From Octopus bimaculoides (Eukaryota), in contig NC_068987.1 of NCBI RefSeq assembly GCF_001194135.2, forward strand, positions 28,136,625 to 28,200,624: 64,000 nucleotides of DNA, given 5' to 3'. Shown piece after piece: positions 1 through 12,624 of the stretch. The notes under the pieces were generated by a model, which was not told the origin of the DNA, did no database searches, and saw only the letters and a program-made list of their open reading frames with translations. Position 1 is the first letter of the stretch, and the number at the start of each line of letters is the position of its first letter. The position numbers were made by a program, and so were the translations under genes.

Positions 1-14
1 TGTTCCCGGCGCTC

Positions 15-120
15 AAAAGTACTTATTCTATCGATTTCCGAAAGGATGAAAGGCGAAGTCAATGCTGGTGAAATTTGAACTTCGAACGTAAAGACGGACG
101 AAATACCAGCTCCAGCTAGC
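15..120 (-). mobile_element. tRNA-derived SINE family A, internal fragment
   Basis: Contains 'ccgaaaggatgaaaggcgaagtc...gaacttcgaacgtaaagacggacgaaatac', the reverse complement of the core and head shared by many copies in this window. Confidence 0.8.
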
Positions 121-140
121 TGCTCTTGTGCTCCTTCTAA

Positions 141-351
141 TATTGATTTCAAATTTTGGTACAAGGCCGGAAAGTTCAGGGGAGGGAATAAGTTATCGAG
201 CCCATTACTCAACGGTATTCATTCCATCGACTCCGAAAGAACGAAAGAGAAGGTCAACCTCGGTGGAATTTGAACTCAGAACGTAAAAACAGACGAAATG
301 TCGCTAAGCATTTCGGCCAGCATGCTTAACGTTTCTGCTAGCTCGCAACCT
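141..351 (-). mobile_element. tRNA-derived SINE family A, near full length
   Basis: Runs from tail 'ttcaaattttggtacaagg' through core 'aggtcaacctcggtggaatttgaactcagaacg' to head 'gctaagcatttcggccagcatgcttaacgtttctgctagctcg'. Reverse B-box-like GAGTTCAAATTCC is present. Confidence 0.85.
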
Positions 352-2124
352 TGCACTCCTTCTTATAGTATCACTTAGTTCAGCGAATAACTTATTTCCT
401 ATGATCCACAATGCAACACGCTTCCTTCCTCTGTTATCCATGCAGCCATAACACCAAGCTGGGTGCAGTTGTAATCACTCAAACCATGCAAAAACTATTG
501 GATTTGCTACTTACAGAGAGTTTGCACTTTGCTCTGAGCATTGGTCTTCCTCTCACATGTCTTAGATATAATTACACTCTATACTATGTATGAAATGTTT
601 CTTCTTTCACCAGTTCGCGAAGCACTGCATTTTTTTTTATTCATCCTAAGTTCAATATCAGCCAAGTAGGATATTGTTGATCTAGCTACAACCTCACGAT
701 AATCCATTTGTACTGACAGCATCGTAGAGTCATATCTGAGTATCTCTCATGATTTCCCAAACATTGTACATATACATTTACACAATCTACACCCACACAA
801 ACATGCACAAAAACACACACAGATACATGCATACTACGTACATACGTACATATATATATATATGTGTGTGTGTGCATATATACGTACATACATACACATC
901 TTTCATTTGTTTCTGCTCTCCGAGCTCTCTCTTTCTTTTCATATATGGCATATTGCACGTATACGGAATATTAATATCTCTCTCTCTCTCTCATTCACCC
1001 ACATTCCTCTTTATTATCTCTCTATATACATACTGGACGTAGTCTTTGCTTCATACATAAAGACTGCATAAGGACACTCAGCTTTCATATCAATCTGATT
1101 CATATAGCTGAGTCAATTATCTTCTGTGATCATATGTGATATTTCATTGTCACTCTACAAGTATATACGGCCCTTCTATTTTCTTGAAATTGTAAAGAAA
1201 CTGTGATTTCATGTTAACTGAAGTGGTATATTGTTAGACGTTCGACAGTCAATTACTTATTTCTACTTGAACCAATGATGAAACTTCAACAAACTGGAGC
1301 TACTAGCCAAAAAATCTCCCCCAAATTGCAAACTTATGTCTTAAAAAGAAGAAAGAACCGCTAGAGAATTTTGAACTTTGATGTACAAACATACGGAATG
1401 TTAAGGCTTGAATGCTTTTGATCATAGAGTTGGTCGGGGGAAAACAAAAACTACAACAATATCAGCTTAATTGTGCTTAGATTATGTGTGACAAAGTTTA
1501 ACTTTTATTTATGTTTTGATGTATTTGGTTAGTAAGTGTTATTCTCTATTTGCTTCTATCTAAAATTTAAAGGAAATTACTACTATTCCCTTCACACTTT
1601 ACTTTTGTGACCTGAACCTCAATGTTTTGAAGACGACCTATTTTCCATTACATTTAAGACAGATTCAGTACTGAGTTGCTGAAGCAGAAACATCATTACA
1701 ACAAATATTCTGCTCAATGCCACCGATTGGTAGTCAGTTGTTTGACTGTAATTACTTGAACATGTCCTTTAGTAGCTGACATTAAGTGCGTCTGTGATCG
1801 TGAGCAGGAGTTGTCGGGGAACATCATGGCCTTTTGTTGAGAGGGATTCTTTGATGTTTGAATAAATATAACAACAGCAATGTTTGAAGGGAATATCAGC
1901 CTTTTCTCATACTTTCTAAGGACAACCAAATACGAAACATCAGTTGCTACACACGGACAACTTCGTGTTATACAGTGTTAAGCTGTGGAGTTTTGCTAGC
2001 AAGAGCATTGCGTTAATACTGTGTGAGTTTTTAGGTTTGCTGTCGATGTAGAATTGTTCATTAAGATAATGTTGAATTCAAATCTTCTGAAGTACTTGGA
2101 CCGTAATTGGAACTACTACGAACC

Positions 2125-2250
2125 TGACTCAGTTTAATCAATCCTTTCGGTCGGCATCACACCAACGGTTAAGCCTGGTCATGTTAGCGAGATTTGCCAA
2201 ATCAACATTAAATCAAACCATGCTGTCTTAAAACTGAATAATGTAGTTAT
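2125..2250 (-). repeat. Unclassified short interspersed repeat (family D), reverse copy
   Basis: 'aaatcaaaccatgctgtcttaaaa' resembles the reverse complement of the 'ttttaaga..cagggtgtgatttga.ggagatttggctgctatttctagcag' motif recurring near 14.5, 20.5, 37.1, 40.7 and 42.5 kb. Confidence 0.4.
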
Positions 2251-2984
2251 AGATATACTGTTTGAAATCAAGAGGTAACAACAACAAATAAACTCAAAAT
2301 TAATTTGAAATTACAAAGGTAAGAGAAAAGGGGAAGCAGAAAGGGACCTTCAATGTGTACATAGGTAAGTTAATCTCGGATCATTATCTACGTAGACACT
2401 GATCTAGGTTAATAGAAAAATTCAACTGGAATTTACAACGCATAATACCAAGTAATGTACAAAGCTTGCTTCGTTTATTTAAAGCAATATTCTTTACTTT
2501 CCAAACTTGCCTTCAGCCTTTGGGGGGAAATTATTATTTACCATTCCCCATTCAATATACTAGACTACAGCTAACGGCATATTGTTTTTGGTAAAACAGA
2601 TAAATTGCTAAATAAAGAGAATTGACAATAATAGTTGAATGGAATTGGTAATGACAGTGGACGCATGATTGCTGCTGTTTCTGGTGATAGTGACGACGAC
2701 GATGATGATTTTGGTTCTTATGTATTACCAATAATAATGCTGGACATAATGATGATTATGGTGAATATTGTTAATGATTGGTACATGGATAGTGTTCTTA
2801 GTAAACACTTTCTGATGGCTATAACAAATATGGTAAACGACTGAGTAGATAATAATGCCTTCAACTCCTTCCCCCTTCTACTCTTCTTCTAGCACTTTCT
2901 CATCACCATCCTCATCGGCTTCCCATTAAGGTTACAATGTGTAATGGAAAGCAAACTTTAAAGATTCCGTCATTTAGGATGATG

Positions 2985-3215
2985 ACGGTGATGATAATAA
3001 TCATGAAAGTGATGATGACTACGATGAGGATGATGATTATGATGATGATGCTAATAATAATATTATTGTTGTGGTTGTTGTTGTTGATAATGATGATGAC
3101 GATATTATTATTATTGCTGTGGTGGTTGTTGATAATGATGATGATGATGATGATTATGATCATCGTGATCATCATGGTCGTTATTTTAAATGTCGGCATC
3201 ATAATAATCATAATT
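2985..3215. repeat. Compound trinucleotide microsatellite (GAT/TAT/GTT)
   Basis: Direct reading; explains the poly-I/M/D/N ORFs in the track. Confidence 0.9.
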
Positions 3216-3669
3216 ATATGTTACCACTGAATGCTACTGTTGTTTTACTGTTGTCTATGTGGGGGGAAAGATGCTGTACATAATTTTAGTTCTATACAGA
3301 AATATAGAATGATTTGTAATTTCCGAAACACATTTCTATTGTAAAAACGGATGTGACTCAGATATCCGGGAGAGATTTTAGACTAACATATATATTTTTA
3401 CAGATATTGCAGCGCTTCTGTATTGAAATTACAATAACAGCAACAAATACATTGAAATTATAGACAGAATACAAAAATATTTAACGAGCGCATTTAGAAT
3501 ACACCACCCACAGTTCGACAGAGTAAAATTATATTCTTTCACCCATGGAAAGAGAGATCATTTGCAGCTATCAAATTCTTATATAAATAACTAATGCAGA
3601 GCTAAAAAAATCTCTAGTAAAACTGAAGAGAAATAATACGATTAGATACAAAGCATGAACAAAGCATGA

Positions 3670-4145
3670 TTTACAACCACATGGTTTCGGCTTCAGTCTC
3701 ACTGAGCGATACTTCGAGCAAGTGTCTTCTACAGTTTGCCCATGGCCAACCAATGCTGTATTAGTGGATTTAGTAGAGAGAAAAAGTATATAAAAGCTCG
3801 TCGTGTGTATATGTTTGTATGTATGTTTGTATGCATACATACATGTTTGTTTGTTTGTATGCATTAGTATCTTTCTTTGGTTCTGTGTGTGTGTGCGCGC
3901 GTGTGTGCGTGTGTGCGCGCTTGCACGTGCGAGTGTGCATTTCTGTTTGTCCTAAGAAACGGGGTTGGCTTGATTAGCCCCCTCCACACACATACACACT
4001 TCTCCGTAGTACAGTTCGGCAAAGCTGCCGATAGCAGAAGTGCCAGATTCAAAATATAAATTGGTGAATTTCTTCTACTAACTCTACAAGACTATGCTCC
4101 AGCATGGCCGCACTACAATGCCTGAAAGAAAGCAGTTAAAGAATC
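3670..4145 (+). mobile_element. SINE family B (tRNA-like head, internal GT/TA microsatellite, conserved tail)
   Basis: Head 'caaccacatggtttcggcttcagtctcactg...gcaagtgtcttctac', then a microsatellite, then tail 'gctccagcatggccgcactacaatgcctgaaa'. The same architecture recurs at 11.2, 24-25, 29.9 and 60.6 kb. Confidence 0.75.
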
Positions 4146-4509
4146 AAAACGAATAACAAATATATAGACAGAAACATGTCTATTTGAGGGAAAGAAGTTA
4201 AAACAGCGACTGCTTTATCAGACTAAAGAAGAAACAATTGAAATAAATTTGAAGAAGAGGTTGAAAATGTGACTACAGAGGGCCAGGCTGAAACAATAAT
4301 AAGAGAGGCTCCAACATAATCCAATACTTGACAGCTCTGAACAAAGCAGAAGTAGATAAAGAACATAACAACAGCGGTAACAACAATTGCATCAACAGTA
4401 GTAACACTAGCAACAGCAACACCAGCGGCAGTAACAGCAACAACAACTCAGTATTGTTTGAGAGAAGCAGGACTTAAAGGTAAAATGGAATGATTGATTT
4501 TGGCACTTG

Positions 4510-4650
4510 GCGGTGAATTAATAGGTTTGTAAGAGCGTCGGATAGAATACAAGGTGGTATTTCGCCTGGCTCTCGGGTTTTTGATTCAAAATATTGTCGG
4601 GATCAATTTCACATTCTATTCTTATGGAGCGATAATAAAAGTGCCAAATA
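4510..4650 (+). mobile_element. Degenerate SINE family A copy
   Basis: 'ggcggtgaatt...ggtatttcgcctggctctcgggtttttgattcaaaat' aligns loosely with the family A head. Confidence 0.5.
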
Positions 4651-5642
4651 CAGGAGGATGGCTCAGTAGAACTATGAGAACTTGGAATCGGGTGCTTTGC
4701 TGTATTTGTTTCGGCGCTATTTGACAGACTGGGGAAGTAGTCAAATCCATCTCTCGATTTAGAACAATTGTTTTTTTAAAAATAGCATCTCGTGTGCTTT
4801 TAATGGAGTCTGCTTAGTTGCAAACAGTCAGACAGATTCTCTAGTTTGAAGAGACCTTCTTTTCTCATTTTCAAATATATCAGAAGCCTGCAAAATGTTA
4901 TTGACTATTTACCATCCTGACTATTATTTAAAAGAGTAATATTCTGCTAGAAACCATCTAAAGTATTTAAGGAAACCAATACCAAAAGTAAATAAATTAA
5001 CAATATAGGTAACTGTAGAAAATGTGGAGATCCGGAGGTAAAAATCTCAATCTCATTATTTCTTAGCCAAAGAATCTATCTATCTATCTATCTATCTATC
5101 TATATATATATATATATGCATATATTTGCATATATTTGTATATATATANNNNNNNNNNNNNNNNNNNNNNNNNNNNNNNNNNNNNNNNNNNNNNNNNNNN
5201 NNNNNNNNNNNNNNNNNNNNNNNNNNNNNNNNNNNNNNNNNNNNNNNNNNNNNNNNNNNNNNNNNNNNNNNNNNNNNNNNNNNNNNNNNNNNNNNNNNNN
5301 NNNNNNNNNNNNNNNNNNNNNNNNNNNNNNNNNNNNNNNNNNNNNNNNNNNNNNNNNNNNNNNNNNNNNNNNNNNNNNNNNNNNNNNNNNNNNNNNNNNN
5401 NNNNNNNNNNNNNNNNNNNNNNNNNNNNNNNNNNNNNNNNNNNNNNNNNNNNNNNNNNNNNNNNNNNNNNNNNNNNNNNNNNNNNNNNNNNNNNNNNNNN
5501 NNNNNNNNNNNNNNNNNNNNNNNNNNNNNNNNNNNNNNNNNNNNNNNNNNNNNNNNNNNNNNNNNNNNNNNNNNNNNNNNNNNNNNNNNNNNNNNNNNNN
5601 NNNNNNNNNNNNNNNNNNNNNNNNNNNNNNNNNNNNNNNNNN

Positions 5643-5715
<73 letters not shown>

Positions 5716-5769
5716 TACATGCATACATATGCATACGTAGACACACAGAGGCAATCACACACACAAACA

Positions 5770-6230
5770 CACATATATATGACGGAGATGCCGGATGTCA
5801 TATACAGGGAATTACACCAATATTATGAAAAGACTACAGAATAAAGATAAAAATAAACACTAGAAAAATCATACAATATGAGAACGTGATTATGCTCTGA
5901 AACTTAACAGTTCGCACAAACTGAGTAATTATGTAACATCAACCAGACAGTATTGTCAAAGATCATCAGCAAAATAAATTGTGCCTGATTGAGGAAGCAA
6001 GTCTTAGAATCGACAATATTTCTCCAGAAGTAGACGAGAAACTGTTTAAAATATAATAATCGATTAGAAATAGGAGATAACCGGAATGCGTCAACTGAAA
6101 ATGGAATGAATCTCATAATAATGATACGTACCTGGGAAATCATTAAAAGGATGCATTAAACTGCACAACCAAAACTGCAAGACTTACGCGTACACCGAAT
6201 CTATAGAAGATTCAACTACTAAACATAAGT
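5770..6230 (+). mobile_element. Dong/R4-clade non-LTR retrotransposon remnant (restriction-like endonuclease domain), pseudogenised
   Basis: Translation gives DVIYRELHQYY ... *NLTVRTN*VIM*HQPDSIVKDHQQNKLCLIEEASLRIDNISPEVDEKLFK. This matches the R4/Dong pattern LWNFTIHTDR..HNRPDIIVKD....C.LIE.....D.NI...V.EKL.KY, with stops and frameshifts. Confidence 0.75.
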
Positions 6231-6309
6231 AGAAAAAAGAAAAAAAAAAGAAAGCGACTCGAATAATGTGCATATCGAAACCGTAGTTATATTGTTTATA
6301 ATTCTCTAT

Positions 6310-6685
6310 ACTTTTGGAAGAATACCTGAAATTTTAGGAGTGGGAGCTAGTCGATTACATAGACCCCAAAAGCTCAACAGATACATATTTTATTGTCACC
6401 GAAAGACGGACGGAATTTGAACTAAGAACGTAGAAGCAGACAAAATTCCGCTAAGCATTTTGCCCGTCTTGCTAACGGTTCTATCATCCCAATAATAATT
6501 CATTTCAATTTTTGGCACGAGGCTAGTAAAATTTTAGGAGGTAGGTTAAGTCGATTACATTGATCCAGAGCTTAACTGATATTTATTTTATCGACCCCGA
6601 AAATCTGAAAGACAGGTAATTCAACTCAAAGCTAAAGATTCAGAACAAATACCACAAGTTTTCAGTTATCCTCGTGATTCTACTA
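6310..6685 (-). mobile_element. Two tandem SINE family A copies
   Basis: Both carry tail 'aattttaggag...gtcgattacat'. The first has 'aatttgaactaagaacgtag...gctaagcattttgcccg'; the second has 'tttatcgaccccgaaa'. Confidence 0.75.
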
Positions 6686-9600
6686 TAGCTTTTTTATTTT
6701 CCATAATTACAATGAGAGAGGGACAAAACGAAGAGAGCGCAAAGCAGAGTGGGAAGAACTACAAGTAAAACAGAAAAGGTAAGGAAAAGAAACATAAAAT
6801 ACATAAGGTATATAATGCATATATTATTAAAAGAGAACAACCCCCTATAGGAATTTAAGGTAATGAAAATTACTCAAATGCTTTTCAACAAATCCAACAA
6901 ATTATTTTAATGGAAGAATTTAGTTATTTTTATATAAAACCAAATTTTCCTGCAAATCTTCCTCTAATCAAAAAATTTATTTTTCTCAAGAAATTCTTCT
7001 TCAGTGCTTGTTGGATAGACCAGTGTCTCCAGGTGGAGAGGTACTGACATAGAGATTCAAGATGTGGCATGTTTTATTCACATTTGCATTGAATGGTTAC
7101 CAAACTGCTAATTTGAAAGAGGAAACCAAATAGTAACTTTTATGTATTTTATTTCGTTTTCTCTTTCTTCACCTCCTTTTACTCTCTTTCGTTTGAAATT
7201 TTTCCTGGTTTCCATTATCGGCTGCCTATCATCAGGAAATTACAAGGTTATTATCTCATTGTAAAATTCTCTCTGCCGTTCTTTTAATGAAATTGAAAAA
7301 GAAAAACCTTTTCAAATACAACGACTAAGTGTACACTGACAAGAGTTTGAAGAAATAATACTGGAAGAACTGCTTTGATACAGAGTAAAAAAAAATCTAT
7401 AAATACAGATGAAGTGTTTTGTTGGCCATTTTCTCCTTTAAGGAAGACGACAAGTAGTTGTAATATTGTAACGAATGCGATGGTGAGAGATAGTGCATAA
7501 ACATAGCAGAATGTCTTAAAGAAATGGCTGAGAAAGAACATTTATATCTTACTCAGTAGAAACTTATCCGGCTTGCTCGGACCTGTTTGACCCCAGGTCC
7601 ATTAATACTGATGTCAGTGTAAGTATTTACAGTAAATGTCTTCTGATTTATTTAATATCACGTAAATTCTGCATAATATCGATCTGTAGTCTAGCATCTG
7701 TAGCAAATCATTATAAAAGAAATTCAAACAAGTTTAAAGAGTTTATTAATGAGGTCACTGTATGGGATTTTGCGCTACAGTGGCTAGCATGAATACAATG
7801 ATCAAAAAGGAAAGAGCACTAACACGCAATTCTGTGATACGTTAATGTGAATTCTCATAAAATCTAACAACCGTTTAGATATTGCACAATGTATCAAGGG
7901 AAATACATTGCTACAAGATTAAATAACATTGTATATATAATAATAATGACGAGTAGCATTTTTTTTTAAAGATATGCAATATTCTCTTCAAATGAATTTT
8001 GGATCATGTTATTGAGTTGTAGCGTATTTCTCATTCGATAAAGTGAAGTCATAATTACACAAAATGGGCAAAGGTTTCTTTATTAAACAGCCTACCATAT
8101 AACTGCACCTCTCTGCTAAATGAAACAGGAAACTTTTGAGCCACATATTAGAAATCATGAGGCATGTGATATCAACGATTGATATCACACGATTCTTATT
8201 AAAAGTATTTTCACACAGTAAATGTTTCTTGTCTAAAGTACGATGTGTTATGTTTTAAGAAGTGAAAGAAAGAATTTATGATATTTATATACTTCAGTTA
8301 TATTTTCAAGTATTTTATGAAAGGGCTGCAATTAATAAATAAAATCAGTCAGTGCAGTTACACTGTGAAAGAAGCACCATTTTGTAGACATAGCTAAATA
8401 TTTCTGTATGATATTATCAATATTTTATGACATCATCTACTATAAATATATCGTAATAGCATGTCTATCACAGATTTTGTACAAGATGTTAACTTGTTGC
8501 AAGCTGTGTCTATGTACTCATTGGCTTTCTCAATTCATGTCAGAAGTATAGCAATGGCCTGTAGAAAATGTATGAAAGACACAAATACCAATTTTACTTT
8601 AATCTAAATGCTAGTCTTTAGTACGTAGGCTTAAGAAAAAAAAACCATATATACGCATGCACACACACATATATTATTAGAAATATTTTCAATTATATAT
8701 TTCTTTTTAATGCAAGTTAACGTAACAGCAATATTTCAGAGCGATATGTGAAATAACTAAGATCTATGGCATATGCAGAACTCCATTTATTTTAAACTTT
8801 CTATACTTATCTTACCAGTAGTTCATTGAGTGAGAAAAGTTTACATAATTTAATATTTTGTAATGGTGTCTGAATTTATAAGCGACATTGAGTTTAACAA
8901 AATAGGAATGTTGCCAATTAATATTGAGTCAATCACTAACGATATAAGTTAGTTTGACACGATGTAACCATTTTCATTCTATCAAGCATGCCAATTTCGG
9001 AATTGTATCTATTTAAGTCGACTGATCGAGTCAAGCGAATGTAATTCATTAATGTACTTTATTACAATAGTTGAGCCACGTTCATATCGTTAAATATCTA
9101 TTTATAAAATAACTTGTCGTATGAATGACATATGTTGTTCCAGAAATATTTTCCACTTTATCTTTCCTTGTTTCCCTCAATATATCTTCTTATTTGATTG
9201 CCTGATTCTGTCTGTATCTTACTTCCTGTCTTTCTCTGTCTCTTCTCCCTATGTTCATGACTGTCTCTGTTTCTTTCTCTCTATTGAAGGATTACTTATT
9301 TTAGCAACGGCAACGAATTGCTTGTTCATGTCTATATCCTGTAATTTGTTATTATTTTCATGGAGACATTATTCATTTATTGATATCAGGACGGCTATTC
9401 TGACAGATATTCTGCGAGAGAAGTGGCTTATACCGTATTTGATTTCGCTATATCTTGTCAAGTAGAGAACAACATAAGAGGTTAATATTTCTTTCAGTTG
9501 TTATAGAAACCGGTTCGGATATATTCCTTTAGAGAAAAGAAGATCAAGGTAGGAAGACTCTCACAAAGGCAGCGAGATTTAAGTACGATAAAAAAAGCCA

Positions 9601-10080
9601 AAACAATAAAAACAACAGCAAAAAGCATTCTGGAATATTGACGTAGTGTCTTGATACGTGGATAAACTTAACTTGGAACTGTTGGGTACACACTTGAATT
9701 ATTAATAGTTTTCTAGCGAAATATAAATGGGTGTATGGCAGCCATGTTGATCGAGTAATAAAAGTGTGATAGCTCAAGAATAGTTACTACACTGAAGAGC
9801 TAAAAGTTTTGATAAATTGCAAAACTGCTGTACACAATGAAGATATTTATAGTTACCTAGATATATACGTACATATTTGGTGGCACACGCTTGTCGAAAA
9901 TTAACTTGCTTTGTATTTGGAAACAACTTTCTTTTATATTTTTGAAAACGATATTGTTACAAAGCTACCCTTAACTCTAGTAGCAAAACCACTATTATTA
10001 CGTCATGAATTAGAATGCGAAATAGCAACCCTAGTTGCTCAACACTTCCTCCATCTACCTCATATACTGAATAGTATACG

Positions 10081-10160
10081 AACTAACTAACGAGCGAACG
10101 AACTAACAAACCAACCAACCAACCAACCAACTAGTCAGCCAGCCAGCAAGCCAACCAGTC
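10081..10160. repeat. Compound tetranucleotide microsatellite (AACT/AACG/AACC/AGCC)
   Basis: Direct reading. Confidence 0.85.
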
Positions 10161-10749
10161 CCCCAGCCAACTAACGAGGGAGCCTCCATGAAATCACCCG
10201 ATCTGCCAGGAAATATGAGTCAAATCTCTATCATTTTACATCTAATCATACAAAACCAGAAACAACCATTAGATAATGTACTCTGGGCCATGCTACGATC
10301 ACGGTTAGAACGTATCTGATCATATCTATGATCACTCAGTGTTGACCTAGTGCTAAACAAACGCAACATCATAATTTTGCACTGCATAAGATTCCCCAAT
10401 GTTTTTGTTTTATGTATAAAACAAGTTCTGTTTGTCAGCTGTAACAATTTCATTGCCAGTCATTTCAATTTGTCATTACACTCTATTAATCTCGTAGTGG
10501 TGTCTGTGGTTGGAACACACCATGGATCCAATCACACCCAACAGAAGAAAGATTTTATCCTAACGTTAGAACAATTTTATTTGCAGGCAAGAACATCTTT
10601 TCCCCCATTCCTGATCTCTTCCACTTTTCCTATTCGTCGGCATGGTTGCTGATGTGCGTATGCAAAGGCGCGCATATTCTTACCCTTTATTGTTCCACAT
10701 CTTCTCTTCTGGAACTTGTATCCTTCCTGTTTTCCCTTAATGTGTTAGT

Positions 10750-10789
10750 GCATGTATGTATGTATGTGTGTGTGTATGTATGTATGCAT

Positions 10790-10888
<99 letters not shown>

Positions 10889-10890
10889 GT
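10750..10890. repeat. (GTAT)/(CA)n/(TA)n microsatellite block
   Basis: Direct reading. Confidence 0.95.
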
Positions 10891-11104
10891 ATGTATAGCT
10901 GGTTGTGGCAGATAGATGTTGATTAAATTTGTGATTATGTTATTGTTTGTCAATTATTAATGTATGTAGAACTTTGTAAATAAGGCGCTTTTCTTGGGTA
11001 GACACAAGATGTGAAAGTATTCATGTTGCTTTAATATTATTGAATTTAATTCTTTTGTTTTGACAATGTAAAGAGCAAAGTTACAAAGCCTATATACATA
11101 TCTT

Positions 11105-11378
11105 TTATCCTTTATCTTTCACTTGTTTCAGTTATTAGACTTCTGGAAATCCTGGGGCACAGCCTTTAAGAATTATTTTAGACGAATGTATCAATCTCAG
11201 TATTTATTTTGTTCGAGCCAGGCACTTATTCTATCAATTATTATGTGACATAAACACACCAATGCCGGTTGTCGAGTGGTGGTGGGGGACAAACACAGAC
11301 ATAATGACACACAAACAATATGTTTGTGTGTGTATGTGTACAACAAACTATCAGTTTTTGTCTACCAAATCCACTGAA
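11105..11378 (-). mobile_element. SINE family B copy
   Basis: 'cacttgtttcagttattagac...cttattctatc...ccggttgtcgagtggtggtgggggacaaacacagac...tctaccaaatccact'. Confidence 0.75.
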
Positions 11379-12624
11379 GGTGGATATTTTAAATTGTTAG
11401 TGCTCTTCAATTATGGTTTTAAATTTAAATTGGCCCCTCGATCAGATCCACCTTTTTACACCACCTACATCAAACTAAATCTACCACTACATTGTAAACA
11501 ATATACAAAACAAAGGCTGTGAACTCGTAGAAATAGTTGAGTGCCGAAAAAATATCTTGCAGTATTTTGTTAGATCTTTTTACATTTTATATCAAAATTT
11601 TGTAACGTTCTACTGTACCTTTAATAACGCTAGAAATTGATAAAATAAAATAGCAGTCAAGTACTGAGATTGCTCTAATCGACGATGGCTTTCCATTAAA
11701 TTTTAAGTTTTATGCCATTTTAGAAAACAACACGAAAGAACGATATGACATGTAACATCATAATCATTATACGCAATATCAGAATCGGTAGATAACATAG
11801 TATACTAGAAAAATTTGACAGAAAAAAAGATGAAAATGCACTATGTATCAGTGAATAAAAAAATCACAGGAAAAACATTTTGTAAAGTTGGCCTTTCTGT
11901 GGAATTTTTTCTTTCTTATTTTGAACAACACGTACACGATTTCTTAACTAAATAGCAAAACATCTCTTTCTTTTGCAAGCAGGATTATTATTCTTGTTTT
12001 CTTGATTTTCAGGTTATAATCATGAAATAAATATTATTTGAAATTGTAATATCAAATGCTTTTTTATGAATTCTAAAATATATAACCTTTCAACAGATGA
12101 AACAGTATGCTTAGTACAAGCGAAATTAAAAAATATGATGCGTCTTGAGGGGAAAACAACTGTCTACATGTCAAGTTTCTAAAGTAGCTAAAAAAAAATA
12201 CTACCAAGCTGCAAAACGATAAATATCAGGATGGTGGACAGGTAGCGAATCAATATTGGTAAAAATATAAAGCATATATTTGGGCTGTAAGTTGCCATCA
12301 GTTACTTCCCTCATTTTAAGTTTCAGGCCTTGTGTCTGGCAGTGGAATAGCATCAAGTGAACCCTCTATTTGTCTCTGTATTAGTAATTATATATTGTAG
12401 ATATTTTCCTGAATAATAGAGATTACCCAGATTCTTTAGTTTTTATCATTATCATTAGCGGGACCTGTGAATATTTCATGGAATTAATAGTAAACCTACT
12501 GGGTTATTTCTGAAAACTTTATCCAAAAACCTTGAAAGCTTAGTCTGTGTTGTGACAGGTAATTTAAAAATTTAGTTCAATTTAAAAAAATACTTTTCAT
12601 TGTGCACCCACCATCGCCGCCACC

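Noticed and set aside
4300-4480. Asn/Ser-rich open frame
   Set aside because: Derived from a degenerate (AAC/AGC) microsatellite, with no start or convincing splice context.
5092-5844. Long ORFs of 200-312 aa here and at 30.2, 31.8, 33.0, 34.5, 50.6, 54.0 and 56.7 kb
   Set aside because: They only span N gaps and (TA)/(CA) repeats; no coding information.
6190-6220. 31-nt minus-strand micro-exon (VESSIDSVY) with good splice sites
   Set aside because: Falls within the plus-strand Dong/R4 remnant; most likely coincidental.
7284-7541. 85-aa hydrophobic minus-strand ORF resembling a membrane protein
   Set aside because: It is the antisense of purine-rich sequence, has no recognisable family, and the plus frames are full of stops.
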